From Candidatus Izemoplasmatales bacterium (GTDB taxonomy: Bacteria > Bacillota_I > Bacilli_A > Izemoplasmatales > Hujiaoplasmataceae): a DNA stretch of 58,214 nucleotides. Location: positions 1 to 58,214 of the forward strand of contig JBFXGX010000010.1 of the NCBI GenBank assembly GCA_050177605.1, given 5' to 3'. The position numbers and the translations under genes are program-made. Each line of letters starts with the position of its first letter. Within the stretch, counting starts at the first letter, position 1. The notes below the pieces were generated by a model. That model was given only the letters and a program-made list of their open reading frames with translations, did no database searches and had not been told where the DNA came from. Shown here piece by piece: positions 1-10,859 of this stretch.

Positions 1-669
1 ATTAATGCAAGAACAATTATCCATGAGACGGGACACATGATGGGACTTGAGGACTATTATGATTACTATGAAGAGGATATCTACAATAATAGTGGAGGAC
101 TCGGTGGCGCAGACATGATGGATTTTGCAGTAGGCGATCATGATGCTTTTTCAAAATTACTCTTGGGATGGATTCAACCGATTGTAGTTCAAAGTTCACT
201 TACCATTGATATCACTCCATTTTTAGAAGAGGGAGAGGTTGTACTTATAACACCACAGTGGAATGGGACAATCTTCGATGAGTATTTGTTAATTAGTTAT
301 TTTACTCCAAATGGTTTAAATGACGATGATCCAGATTATTTGTTTTCCACTTCAGGAATTGTAATCTATCACATCAGTGCCAAAATTGGTAGTGGGTATG
401 ATGAAAACAGTTATTACTATTCAATCTTCAATTACAACAATACAGATACGATTCATAAATTAATCAAAATCATCGAAGCGGATATGAATGGTCATATTGA
501 CAGTTATACCTCCGCTGAAAACACAGATTTATTTCAAGAAGGAGATATTCTTGGTTCAAATGTGTATCCTCAATATCGTTGGTACAGTGGTGCAAGTCTT
601 GGATTCACTGTCGATATAGTCAGTATTACAAACGAACAAGCTGAAATCAAAATAGATTTTACCAATTAA
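1..669 (+). CDS. M6/immune-inhibitor-A-like metalloprotease, C-terminal part (5' end outside window)
   Basis: Frame is open from base 1: INARTIIHETGHMMGLEDYYDY (HEXXH followed by GLxDYY) and the later FSKLLLGW motif. Confidence 0.75.
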   Translation: MNARTIIHETGHMMGLEDYYDYYEEDIYNNSGGLGGADMMDFAVGDHDAFSKLLLGWIQPIVVQSSLTIDITPFLEEGEVVLITPQWNGTIFDEYLLISYFTPNGLNDDDPDYLFSTSGIVIYHISAKIGSGYDENSYYYSIFNYNNTDTIHKLIKIIEADMNGHIDSYTSAENTDLFQEGDILGSNVYPQYRWYSGASLGFTVDIVSITNEQAEIKIDFTN

Positions 670-671
670 AA

Positions 672-693
672 AGAGACTACTTCGGGTAGTCTC
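672..693. terminator. Bidirectional hairpin terminator between convergent genes
   Basis: gagactac-ttcgg-gtagtctc flanked by A and T runs. Confidence 0.7.
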
Positions 694-1696
694 ATTTTTT
701 TTCATAAGCGTATTTCATCGTTTCATCGATGATTCCTAATATTTTCTCTTCTAGTTTTAGCCCAAGCGATTCAAGATGAAGCTTCTGAACATATTCTTTC
801 TCGGGAATAAAGAATTGTTGATTCATGATTTGGGTCATTAAATAGCCATAATGAAGACCAGAATACTTGTTTTCTTTTTTCATCTTTCTTCTTAACTTTG
901 AAGTCCCTAAAAATAGAATATAACTAGGAAGATGAACCACCTTTTTGTGGATACCTGATGAATAAAGCATTTCAATCAGTAATTCCTTAAAGGATAAATT
1001 GAGATCCGATAGAGGGAGTTTTATGAAGACAGAATCATGATATAATAATGCCCCATACACAGCACAAGCTACATTATTTCTTGTCGTAATCGCTGTTCCA
1101 CCTTGTGGGGGAATAAATACGACTGGAAAAGATGCAAATACATCCAAGAAATGTTCTTTCCATAGTGGTGCAGTCCCTGTTTTAATGCCGAATATATACG
1201 GAAGTTCTAAAATTACGGCATGAAAAAAATCATCTGTCAAAGCAGATACGACTGTTGCTTGTTCTTTCCTTGCTTTAATATAGGGATGTTTTATTTCAAG
1301 TTTTCCTTTTAGAATTTCATTAAAATGTTCAAAATAGGAGCCAAGCACAACCGCCTTAGATATGCCTACATTTTTTGCGGCAGTTAATACTTTCCTTGTA
1401 AGATCAACTAGTTTCTCTTGAAAAAAGATGTTTGGATTTGTATTTACAATCGTGCGGTCATCTGGTCCAAGAGCGTAAATAATACAGTCACAGTGTAAAG
1501 GTAAGAAGAGTTGTTCGATTTGTTCTCTCGTCATGATAGATAGGTCGGTCTCTATATATGTATCAGGCATAGACTCACTATCTCTTTTGATGTCGATTGA
1601 TACGACTTCAATCTTTTTTTCTTTCAGTAGACTAGCAATCTTTGAACCAAGAAAACCACTTCCACCGATGATTAACGCCTTTGACAATTCACTCAT
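692..1696 (-). CDS. NAD-dependent epimerase/dehydratase family protein
   Basis: N-terminal GGSGFLG Rossmann motif; HPYIKAR catalytic-like segment. Confidence 0.8.
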   Translation of the reverse strand: MSELSKALIIGGSGFLGSKIASLLKEKKIEVVSIDIKRDSESMPDTYIETDLSIMTREQIEQLFLPLHCDCIIYALGPDDRTIVNTNPNIFFQEKLVDLTRKVLTAAKNVGISKAVVLGSYFEHFNEILKGKLEIKHPYIKARKEQATVVSALTDDFFHAVILELPYIFGIKTGTAPLWKEHFLDVFASFPVVFIPPQGGTAITTRNNVACAVYGALLYHDSVFIKLPLSDLNLSFKELLIEMLYSSGIHKKVVHLPSYILFLGTSKLRRKMKKENKYSGLHYGYLMTQIMNQQFFIPEKEYVQKLHLESLGLKLEEKILGIIDETMKYAYEKK

Positions 1697-1876
1697 TCTC
1701 TATGGCACCTTCTCCAAAAAATTTGATAATTGTATTATATCAAAGAAATGTGTATTTTGTAAGGAGTTTCAAAGATTAAGGAATCTTTAGAAATAGGTTC
1801 TTGATTTTATCTTGTTGTAGTCATATAATGATACCAGAACTTTGAATTTCAAACATTTCACCATGGAGGACTTGCT

Positions 1877-2635
1877 ATGTTTGACACATCACTTCAAGAT
1901 ACATTCGTATCCTATGGTTTATCGCATATTCTAGCGGTTATCGTTGTTTCAGTTGTCATCGCTTTAGTGATTATTTTTAAGAAGCAACTAAGAAACGAAA
2001 GATTATTTAATAAATTTAGAATTACTCTTGCAGTATTAATTTTATTACAAGAACTGAGCTTACACATATTCCGTATATGGAATGGTACCTGGTCTTTAGC
2101 TACAGCATTACCACTTCATTTATGTGGTTTAGCTGTCTTATCTACAGCGTATGTTTTATTGTTTCAAGACAAAAAGTATTTTTATGCAACATTCTTTGTG
2201 ATGATGATTGGTGCTACTCTTGCACTACTAACCCCTTCGATTGAAGGTGGGTATGGATTTCCACATTATCGTTTCTTTCAGTTTTTTATCTCTCATGGTC
2301 TCATTATGATTAATTTTACTTTCATCCTCTTTGTTATGGATTATCAAAAGGATATGAAATATAAATACTTGCTTTATAATTTCTTTTCTCTTGCCGCCTT
2401 TGCTTTATTCGATCTCGCTGTGAATTTCGCAGTAGGTGGAAACTATATGTATTTGATGGCTAAACCTGGTCCCAATACCGCCTTTGATTTATTCGGTGAA
2501 CACCCTTGGTATTTAATCAATATATTCCTTTTTGGAATCCCTGTTTTCTTTCACATATATTACCTACCATTTTTTGTCAAATATCTCGTTTTAACACATA
2601 AGAATAAAGAACTAAAGAACGAATATGCAAATTAA
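1877..2635 (+). CDS. YwaF/TIGR02206 (TMEM164-like) integral membrane protein
   Basis: LPLHLC, FFISHG and GNYMYL motifs; several TM segments; RBS ggagg. Confidence 0.8.
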   Translation: MFDTSLQDTFVSYGLSHILAVIVVSVVIALVIIFKKQLRNERLFNKFRITLAVLILLQELSLHIFRIWNGTWSLATALPLHLCGLAVLSTAYVLLFQDKKYFYATFFVMMIGATLALLTPSIEGGYGFPHYRFFQFFISHGLIMINFTFILFVMDYQKDMKYKYLLYNFFSLAAFALFDLAVNFAVGGNYMYLMAKPGPNTAFDLFGEHPWYLINIFLFGIPVFFHIYYLPFFVKYLVLTHKNKELKNEYAN

Positions 2636-2639
2636 AAAG

Positions 2640-3817
2640 CTGACGTTTGGTGCATTTAGTTGATAAAATTTACTTTCAACAATATAACTGTGCCAAATAT
2701 CAGCCTTTTTATTTTGAACAAAATTTTTTGTAATAAAATGGTATAATATAAGTGCGAAACAAAACTAATCAAGGAACCGCAAAAGCGAGTATTTTACCCT
2801 GGTTTGTTTGGCGAATTTCCTTGATTGGGTGAAATACTCTCTTTTGTGGTCTTAAGGAGTAATATGCCAAAATACAGGATATGTCCGAAATGAGGAACAG
2901 TTAACAGTTTAGTGAAAAACGGAAAGGACATAAGCCATAAACAAAGATACAAATGTAAGTCTTGTCATAAGACTTTCATTTTAGACGAATCTACTACTAG
3001 TTACCTTCATAATACTGATTATTTGTACAAACGATTTATTGGATTTATGGTAGATGATGTAACACTTGAAGTGATAGCTAGAAATTTAAATATCGATATC
3101 AAAACAGCACTATACTATAGATACCTTGTCTTTGAATCTTTACGAGATTACAAGATGAGGTATTTTTATATGGGACAATATTGGTTGATGAAACATTTGT
3201 CAGAATCAGTGATAAAAACTATAAATTGTATAGAACCGATGGCAAAGGAATAAGGGGAATATCCTTTAATCACTTGTGTGTGATTACATAAATAAATTTA
3301 GAAGGAATGACTATAGCAAAAGTATCATCGAGAGGAAATCCATCACCACTAAAATTCATAGATTTATGTACAAACAACGTAGGCAAAGTAATCAAATTCA
3401 TTCATGATGGATCGGTAGTACAGAAACAATTTATGCGTCAGTTTGACGTCCCAAATATTGATGCCCGAAGAGAATGCGATGGAGCATACGATACTCTTTT
3501 GGTAGATTCATTACACAGTAATATAAAAAGATATCTGTTTAAACATGCCGGTTATCGACTAATGAATCTTCAACACTATTTGAACTTTTTCGTGTATCGT
3601 TACAATCATACACCAAAGTCGAAATATAGTAATAATCGCCAAATTATTGATAGTAGAAATGATATGATTGATGATTTATTCAGCAGAATTAAAAAGATAA
3701 ACAAAAAGATCACTTATAGAAACTTCCAAAGTGATCTAGGTATAACTGATATCTTAGAATCTGTCGATAAGAATTACTATTTGAACAATATTATCAACTA
3801 AATGCACCAAACGTCAG
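2640..3817 (+). mobile_element. IS1595-family insertion sequence
   Basis: Perfect 27-bp terminal inverted repeats ctgacgtttggtgcatttagttgataa (2640-2666 and 3791-3817) enclosing a transposase. Confidence 0.85.
2864..3801 (+). pseudogene. IS1595-family transposase with a nonsense codon and a frameshift
   Basis: MPKYRICPK*G zinc ribbon broken by TGA at 2891; RYKCKSC; frameshift near 3150 into VDETF; C-terminal HSNIKR...NLQHYLNFFVYRYN. Confidence 0.8.
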
Positions 3818-3933
3818 AAAAAAAAGACAGTATTGATACTGTCTTTAATCGAAATATTGTCTTGTCATAACCAAGTTTGTGTCTTTTTTGGGGTTGTCAC
3901 AAATAAGTTTGCTCAAAGAAGGATTATGCTTGT

Positions 3934-5607
3934 TCAATATCGCGGCAAAGGAGGTTTCTTCAATTCATCCACCATTGCTGGTCTTCTTGAATAAACTGAA
4001 ATCAATTTTTGAACCAAATCTTGATATTCATGTGGAAATGCATCTCTATATTTTCTAATAATGCTGCAGACTCGTCGATATCCTCTTCTGTCGGTCGCAA
4101 GGGCCGCATTTTCACGAATATGTCGTTGGAAAGAAGCTTGGACCCGTTCCCGAAATCCATCGATAAGGTACGGATAGAGCGTTTTGATACGGAATGAGCG
4201 TAATTCACATAACAACATCAGTTTTTCGAGTCTCTTTTCACGAATCAGGATACCAATATAAGTATCATTGATAGAATTCTTCTCTTCTAACTTGGACAAG
4301 ATGGCATCTGCAGCGGAATCGTGCTCGGATTGCGAATAGGTTTCCAAATACGTGTCATAAAAAGAGATTTCGTTCTGTAGTAGAAACTTTTCGGACAAAA
4401 TCCGTATTTCCACAGGATTTTGTAGACTTTGGTGAACCTGAAAAGCAAGGTGATTACATTTGTTAACAAGCCCGGGGAATCTCTCATCAGCTACAATCCC
4501 TGCGGAAATCAATTCAAGCGCATCATCAAAACGGTTGTCCGTAATCGTTTCATGAATCGCAATTTCGCGGATTTCCGAATTGCCAAGATGTTCCTCAATG
4601 AATTTCGTTCTTCCTATTGCATCATCTTCGATATCGTATAGGTGCAGTTCCAACATTTCAATGGAGTTTAGGCCATAGATTCTGGAGGAGGAACTTTGAT
4701 TGACGATTCGTGTTTTCAAACCCACGAGGAAATTCCTGTATTCCTTTGCAAAATCTGGAGTCGTGCAAAACGGCAGCAATGTTTCTATGAGTTCCCCTCC
4801 TGTATAGGAAAGGTCTTCTTGCCATAGCTTGTTCATCATTTTCATCATCTGACTGAACACTGTTTTTTGTACTTGTTTGGTCGCGTCAACTAATCGTTCT
4901 GACAACAATTGCTCGATCGACTCTTTTCCATAGTCGTACATTTCCATGATGATTCCGTTCGAATCGTCGATTGCATCAACCGAATGCACAGATTCGATTC
5001 CTAGAACGCACAATGCGATTCCGGTTACCAGTGAATCACAGGACAATGCCTCTTGAAAAACGATTCTGGCCCCTGAAAAGGCGGAATACGCATCCGATGC
5101 TTCAATGAACCCTCTATGTCTTGCGTTCCGAAGGTGAAACTTAATGATTTCTTTCGCTGCTTTCATTTTTTCTTGATCGGTTCCAAGTCGGAACCGAATC
5201 TGGTCTTCGACTTCTTCGAAACGGTTTGCAAAGGTCACAAGTAACGTTTCCATTTCAGCTTTGGACAAATGCCGAATCAAATGTTCGATCGGTTTTTTTG
5301 CCGGTTCAGAAGTTCGTGTCTGCTCATCCTGTTGTTGGGCCGTTTCGATTTGACGAATTGCATAGAACAGGGCCACTTGATGTTTGCAGTGATTTCCGAA
5401 ATCATATGGACAACCGCAATTAGCGTCAAGGATTTCGTCATCCTCGTCGACTACAACTTCGACTTGGTACTTCTCGGTTCCATGGGCGATGGCTGAATAT
5501 CGATTTCCAACTTTGTTCAAATCCGTGATTCTCCCACTTTGAAAATACTCTCTGCCACGGGAGAGAATACGGTCCTCGAATTCATTTTCGAAATTTCCAA
5601 GTTTCAT
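3934..5607 (-). CDS. SWIM zinc-finger domain protein
   Basis: ILSRGREYF start and CGCPYDFGNHCKH SWIM motif; visibly more GC-rich than the flanks. Confidence 0.8.
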   Translation of the reverse strand: MKLGNFENEFEDRILSRGREYFQSGRITDLNKVGNRYSAIAHGTEKYQVEVVVDEDDEILDANCGCPYDFGNHCKHQVALFYAIRQIETAQQQDEQTRTSEPAKKPIEHLIRHLSKAEMETLLVTFANRFEEVEDQIRFRLGTDQEKMKAAKEIIKFHLRNARHRGFIEASDAYSAFSGARIVFQEALSCDSLVTGIALCVLGIESVHSVDAIDDSNGIIMEMYDYGKESIEQLLSERLVDATKQVQKTVFSQMMKMMNKLWQEDLSYTGGELIETLLPFCTTPDFAKEYRNFLVGLKTRIVNQSSSSRIYGLNSIEMLELHLYDIEDDAIGRTKFIEEHLGNSEIREIAIHETITDNRFDDALELISAGIVADERFPGLVNKCNHLAFQVHQSLQNPVEIRILSEKFLLQNEISFYDTYLETYSQSEHDSAADAILSKLEEKNSINDTYIGILIREKRLEKLMLLCELRSFRIKTLYPYLIDGFRERVQASFQRHIRENAALATDRRGYRRVCSIIRKYRDAFPHEYQDLVQKLISVYSRRPAMVDELKKPPLPRY

Positions 5608-5763
5608 TTGGGTTCCTCCTCAATGATATTGGTGACAGAAAAGGAGTTCCATTAACACACTGGTTACTCCTTAGAGAATTTTCGGCGTCCACTCGAGGAA
5701 AAACTTCATTTCATCTCGGATACTACGCGAATTGATACACTTCGGTTTTTTGGGGAATTGGTA

Positions 5764-7085
5764 TTACGGTAAATATGAATTAAAATCACTTATTGCGAAG
5801 CCAAGATAATAGGGCAGGTACAAAATTCCATTCCTCTCGTGGATGTTTTCGATGCAAAAAACGATTGGTTCTCCAACAATCTTTTCATTCAAAAGCGTGT
5901 TTAGAGAATCATGTTTTTCAAAATCTGATCCTGATTTTGCCTCAATGACTTGAATAGAACCTCTGACCTGAATCACAAAATCGATTTCCATAGATGTCGG
6001 TTTCTTCCGATCATAATAGTGCAGAGGATATCCGTTCTTCAAAAAAGCATCTGCCAATGCGTTTTCGATGATTGATCCCTCATTTATTTCAATATTCCCA
6101 TTCAATATCTCGCTTTGAATTCCCAAATGAGATAATGCTGTCAACAACCCTGTATCATTCATATAGACTTTAAAAAGATTGCGTTTTTCATTGAGTACGA
6201 GAGGGAGTTCAATGGCAGCGACATTATAACAAGGGGTGGCAATCTTAGCATCGAAAAGCCACATTATCGCTTCCTCATAGGTGCGCATTTTAGGTTCTTT
6301 TTTCAATCCAGACAAATAGAAACGTTTGTTTTTCTTATTGAGTTGCGCTGGAATTGAGTCGAAAATTTCGCTCACTTTGGATTTGTTTGAGCCTGCGTAT
6401 TTCTTTACATCATCTCGATAGCTGTTCAGGATATCATTTTGCTCTTGAATCACAATGGATAAGTCATTCGACTGAATAAACTTAGACACAACTGAGGGCA
6501 TTCCACCAACGATCATGAATTCACGGAAATGGCGCATCATAGTTTGATGGATTGCATTGTTAAGTTTCTTCTTTTCGCTTATGCATTTTCTCAGTTCATG
6601 AATGACATCTTCGCTAACTCCTTTCGCCCAAAGAAACTCTTCGAAATCGAGCGAATGCATTTCGTGCTGGGTTTCAAAACCTACGGGAAAACTACTTACA
6701 TCACTATAATTGATTCCCAACAAGGAACCTGATTCAATGAAATCATATCTCCCGTCTTCAACAAGGAATTTGATTGCAGTCCTGGCTTTGGGGCATGCTT
6801 GAATTTCATCAAAAAAAATCAATGTTTCTCCAGGAACAAAAGGACCATATCCCATCGCTGACATGTTGAGCTGAATAGTTCTGGCATCCAGAGAACCGGA
6901 AAAAATATTGCATAAGTCAGGATTGCGTTCGAAATTCAATTCGATGAAGGTCTTGTATTGTGATTTTCCAAAGGCTCTAATACTAGTTGTTTTTCCTACT
7001 TGTCTCGCGCCTTTTACTAAAAAGGCCTTCTTCCTCTTTCGTTTTTCCACAACATGAGAATTTCTTCAATTTTTCTTTTTAACAT
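5764..7085 (-). pseudogene. AAA-14/DUF4143 ATPase with an apparent 5' frameshift
   Basis: GARQVGKT Walker A, FFDEIQ Walker B, EIDF...IEAKSG C-terminus. The natural start (MLKRKIEE, ATG 7085, RBS gaggtg) is out of frame with the body, shifting near 7045. Confidence 0.7.
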
Positions 7086-7109
7086 TGTAACACCTCTTCA
7101 ATCTCAATA

Positions 7110-7185
7110 TACACCTTTTTCGCCAATTTTCAATGATTAATTTACACCTTTTTCTGGAAAAAAACTATTACAAATTACACCTTTT
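7110..7185. repeat. Three TACACCTTTT direct repeats with 33-bp period upstream of the AAA gene
   Basis: Copies start at 7110, 7143 and 7176. Confidence 0.8.
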
Positions 7186-7251
7186 CAAATATAGAATAAT
7201 AACCTTTTATTTATCGAAGGTGGTACATATGTGCCCTAGAAAATCATAGCA

Positions 7252-7632
7252 GTGCAATATATCAAACCTAGAATTCTTATTACTCAGACAAAGACTCACA
7301 AAAACAGATACTTATACCTTTCAGAAAAAACTCTTGAAATACTAGAAGACTATTTATCGTTACGCCCTCAGTCAAATAGTGAATATTTGCTTATAAATCA
7401 TAGATACATAGATGACGCAATAACAAACAGGAAAATTGATCATATGCTAGAAAAAATAAAAAAGGACTTACAAATACCTAAAAAGGTATCAATAAGTCCT
7501 CATAAATTTAGACATACATATGCAACTATAGCTCTTAATAACGGAGCAGATCTAGTTCATGTACAGAAACTTCTCGGCCATACAACTCTTAGAGAAACAC
7601 AGAAATATACACATAAATCTGAATCCATTTAA
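7252..7632 (+). pseudogene. Tyrosine recombinase, C-terminal catalytic fragment
   Basis: [15 protein letters not shown] and TQKY motifs; N-terminal domain and first catalytic Arg box absent. Confidence 0.75.
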
Positions 7633-7833
7633 AAAAATGACGTTGAGGGAGTTGCAGTTATTTTCAAGGACTTATCAAGTTTCATTTATCAACAATGCAC
7701 TAAAAATTTCCTTATTAATTATTACCCTTTATCGCGCAGTATATTCCGGGATAGATTCACTAGAATTATCACCTATATTTTGAATATAATCGATAAATAA
7801 TAAGCGTCTAGTTAGTAGCCATATCCTAATATA

Positions 7834-8217
7834 CTAATGAATAAGAATACTAGATTCTTTACATAATTTCGTATATTCTTTGAACTCTTCTACTGCAGTT
7901 TTTTCTTTACCGTATAGCCTTGCTAAATAATCATAATTTGTAGCCATAGCTTCAGAGCCAAAAACTGTATATACATCATTTTGAGAGATATGTTTTCCAA
8001 AAAATGCAGGACTGAACAAAGTCGGATCAATGATGCTAAAATACTTGGCTTCAACAAAAAGGATAGAATCATCTACCAAGACAACATATAACGTGTTTGA
8101 CTTGCTCACCAAAATCCCAAATACATAATATTCTTCCTCTAATTTAAGAAAATTATATCTTGTATTAAATGAATAGTCATTCTTTTTTTGGGGCTCATGA
8201 ACATATTTGATTCTCAT
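7834..8217 (-). CDS. Putative Rhs immunity protein (paralog of 8248-8622)
   Basis: Downstream of an Rhs C-terminus; shares EYxVxG...YxV...VxAxxFxIID pattern with its neighbour. Confidence 0.55.
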   Translation of the reverse strand: MRIKYVHEPQKKNDYSFNTRYNFLKLEEEYYVFGILVSKSNTLYVVLVDDSILFVEAKYFSIIDPTLFSPAFFGKHISQNDVYTVFGSEAMATNYDYLARLYGKEKTAVEEFKEYTKLCKESSILIH

Positions 8218-8247
8218 CTTTCATCCTCTCCATTCCCATAATGTAAG

Positions 8248-8622
8248 TTAGATACCTGTTTTTTTTAACATTTTTAGAACAGTATCTTGATCTAAATTTG
8301 GCAAATCGGGATCCATCATTTCTTCTCTTCCAACTGTTATTGAATAAGAAGTTCCCTGATTAAAATCATACTCGTAAGCAAAAAATATATCGTTAGATAA
8401 TTTGTGATCAATAATTTCAAATAAATCTGCATTGACATACACTATATGAGGGTCGGTGTACACAAGATAATAATTTACTGGATTTCCAATAATCATTCCA
8501 TAGACATCATATTCTTGTCCTATTTTACAGTTGCCTATAGCGTTTAACACCATGTCTCTAATATCTGGATTTGAGTAATCTATATTGTAAAAATAATATT
8601 GATGAACACATTTAACTTTCAT
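8248..8622 (-). CDS. Putative Rhs immunity protein
   Basis: Starts at MKVKC after RBS ggagg, immediately after the Rhs stop. Confidence 0.6.
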   Translation of the reverse strand: MKVKCVHQYYFYNIDYSNPDIRDMVLNAIGNCKIGQEYDVYGMIIGNPVNYYLVYTDPHIVYVNADLFEIIDHKLSNDIFFAYEYDFNQGTSYSITVGREEMMDPDLPNLDQDTVLKMLKKTGI

Positions 8623-8632
8623 TTGAACCCTC

Positions 8633-9652
8633 CTACCATTTAAATTTAGCATCTGTATAAAAATTATCTGTTTGATGATAATCAAAATGCATTGAAGAAA
8701 GATGTACTCCGTCAGGGCCCCACATAACACTTACGACTTTATCCCATTTTGGTCCAAAAATAAAATTTCTCATATCATGTTTTATTGTTGTTGTTGTAAA
8801 ATATGTTCCATCTTCTAAATAGACAAAACTATTCCCGTATTGCTTCACTATCGTCCAGTGAAGTTCCTGATTTGCATTTGAAGGTTTTCCTTCATTTCCC
8901 TTAGCAGTTGAGAATTCTGGATGTACCCATTCCACTTTCATACCTGGATTATCGACTGGTGCAACTTTAACCACTGTATATCCAGAACTACTACCAGACG
9001 AACTAGTCTGGCTACTTGTTACTTCTCCGTTAACACTTTGGTTTCCTCCACTACCACATCCTCCATCATCCTGCTGATCATTTCTATCTCCATCTCCGTC
9101 TTCATCAGTCCAATCATAACAATAACCACCAAAGTCAACAAAATTTACAGGATTATTTTCAGTGTATGAAAACATATTATGTCCTAGCACTGTATTGCTA
9201 GCTTTAAGTAAACCATCCGCATTAATAAATCTTCCAGTTTCAGGATTATAATATCTGCTCTGTAAGTAATATAGCCCACTCTCTACATCGTATCGATATC
9301 CTCGATATCTATATGGATTTAATTCCGAAAGTGTTCCTGGAGTTTGATAAGTTATATTTCCGAATGCATCATATCTATATTCTACCACAGTAACTCCTGA
9401 CGTATCAACTAAATATGAAACATCGCCGAATATATTATATATATAAAAGTACTCGATGCCGTTAACATTAAGACTAATTAATGTTCCATCAACATCATAG
9501 GAATAATAAATATCGTTCGTTCCATCAGTCTCATACAAAACATATGCTCCATCAAGGTAATAAGTTGTGACCACATTATTAACTGTTTTTGAATCTCTAA
9601 TTCCATTTTGGTTATATGAATACGATATTTGAATACTTGATGATGAATAGGA
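8633..9652 (-). pseudogene. Orphan Rhs core plus C-terminal toxin domain, 5'-truncated at an IS3 end
   Basis: NPYRYRGYRYDVESGLYYLQSRYYNPETGRF...NNPVNFVDFGG; sequence starts abruptly at the IS3 left-end copy. Confidence 0.8.
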
Positions 9653-9687
9653 TATTATACACACTGTTCAAAAACCATACCAATCCA
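9653..9687 (-). mobile_element. Orphan IS3 left end (35 bp)
   Basis: Identical to 33183-33217 (tattatacacactgttcaaaaaccataccaatcca). Confidence 0.85.
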
Positions 9688-9819
9688 GAATTAAAAAGAT
9701 AAACAAAAAGATCACTTATGGAAACTTCCAAAGTGATCTAGGTATAACTGATATCTTAGAATCTGTCGATAAGAATGACTATTTGAACAATATTATCAAC
9801 TAAATGCACCAAACGTCAG
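9686..9819 (+). mobile_element. Second IS1595 right end (134 bp)
   Basis: Near-identical to 3684-3817 (two mismatches seen), including the terminal IR. Confidence 0.9.
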
Positions 9820-9826
9820 CTTCTTT

Positions 9827-10435
9827 TTATAAAAATAAAGATAATTTATCGAGAACCCATCCACTTAATAATTGATGACCAAAATCGTTAGGATGAATAC
9901 CATCATATAGTATTTTTTCTTTACCGTACTCGAGTGCAGCTTGTTCAAACAAAGCATTCGTAGGGATAAATAAATCACTATATTCAAAAGCAAGTTTTTT
10001 CACTTCTTCTGCAAGTTCATCGAGTTCTTCTTTCCAAGAAGCTTGAAAATCGTCCGTTACTATTAGGTAAGGATCCATCATCAATATTAATGTGTTCGGT
10101 AATTCCTTTTTTGTCCACTCGAGTAATTGTTTATAATTCTCGATCGCCTTTTGAACACTATTGCCAGATCCAAAAGCATGTTGGTGCCACAAATCATTCA
10201 CACCGACCATAATCGATAGGATATCTGGTTGAAGATCTATGGTTTCCTTTTGCCACCTTGCCAGCAAATCATTGGTTTTATTTCCGCTGATTCCACGGTT
10301 AATAATCTCGTAATCAGGTAATTTTGAAGCAATAATACTTACATACCCATTTCCAATACCATCATGAGTTAAGCGATCGCAGTCTGTAATGCTATCGCCT
10401 TGAAACAAAATAACTTTCTTTTTCATAAATTCCAC
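9827..10435 (-). CDS. SGNH/GDSL hydrolase
   Basis: GDSIT, NRGISG, GVND and DGIHP blocks. Confidence 0.9.
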   Translation of the reverse strand: MEFMKKKVILFQGDSITDCDRLTHDGIGNGYVSIIASKLPDYEIINRGISGNKTNDLLARWQKETIDLQPDILSIMVGVNDLWHQHAFGSGNSVQKAIENYKQLLEWTKKELPNTLILMMDPYLIVTDDFQASWKEELDELAEEVKKLAFEYSDLFIPTNALFEQAALEYGKEKILYDGIHPNDFGHQLLSGWVLDKLSLFL

Positions 10436-10460
10436 CTTAGTAATTTTTTATTTATATTTT

Positions 10461-10760
10461 TTAAACAAAGAACAGATTAATAATTCGAACGAAAAACAAA
10501 TAAATATTGAACACTAGTAAAGCAATCGGAATGAATATGGTAATTAAATAAATAAGATTTTTCGATTTGGATAGTTGTTTGATACTCGCAATTAGTAAAT
10601 ATAATACTAAAATTGGGCTACTTAATAAAGCAAAAAGCTCGAATTGTTGGAAAATTTCAAAATGGAAGGTAACCCAACCAAATTCATAACTTGCATTTAA
10701 GAATGAAATGATGCTGAAGACGACCAAAAGAATAAATACAATTAAAATGGAACGTTTCAC
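10461..10760 (-). CDS. Small hypothetical membrane protein
   Basis: Three hydrophobic segments; GTG start after an RBS-like sequence. Confidence 0.55.
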   Translation of the reverse strand: MKRSILIVFILLVVFSIISFLNASYEFGWVTFHFEIFQQFELFALLSSPILVLYLLIASIKQLSKSKNLIYLITIFIPIALLVFNIYLFFVRIINLFFV

Positions 10761-10833
10761 TTATATTCCCCCTTAGAAAATGTAACATATACATAGTTTA
10801 TCACAAGGAAGAGCGATATGCTATATCCAAAAG

Positions 10834-10859
10834 AAAAGTTCAGCAATCGCTGAACTTTT
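10834..10859 (-). terminator. Terminator of liv operon
   Basis: aaaagttcagc-aatc-gctgaactttt. Confidence 0.75.

Noticed and set aside
2891..2893. TGA recoding (Trp/Sec/Cys) in the IS1595 zinc ribbon
   Set aside because: Many intact genes here end in TGA, and the same transposase also has a frameshift, so it is simply a pseudogene.
7252..7632. Tyrosine recombinase as the enzyme for the Rhs or rlmD cassettes
   Set aside because: It is N-terminally truncated and over 20 kb away, and the 2-bp-centred symmetry of the sites fits serine recombinases better. Not excluded for an intact ancestor.
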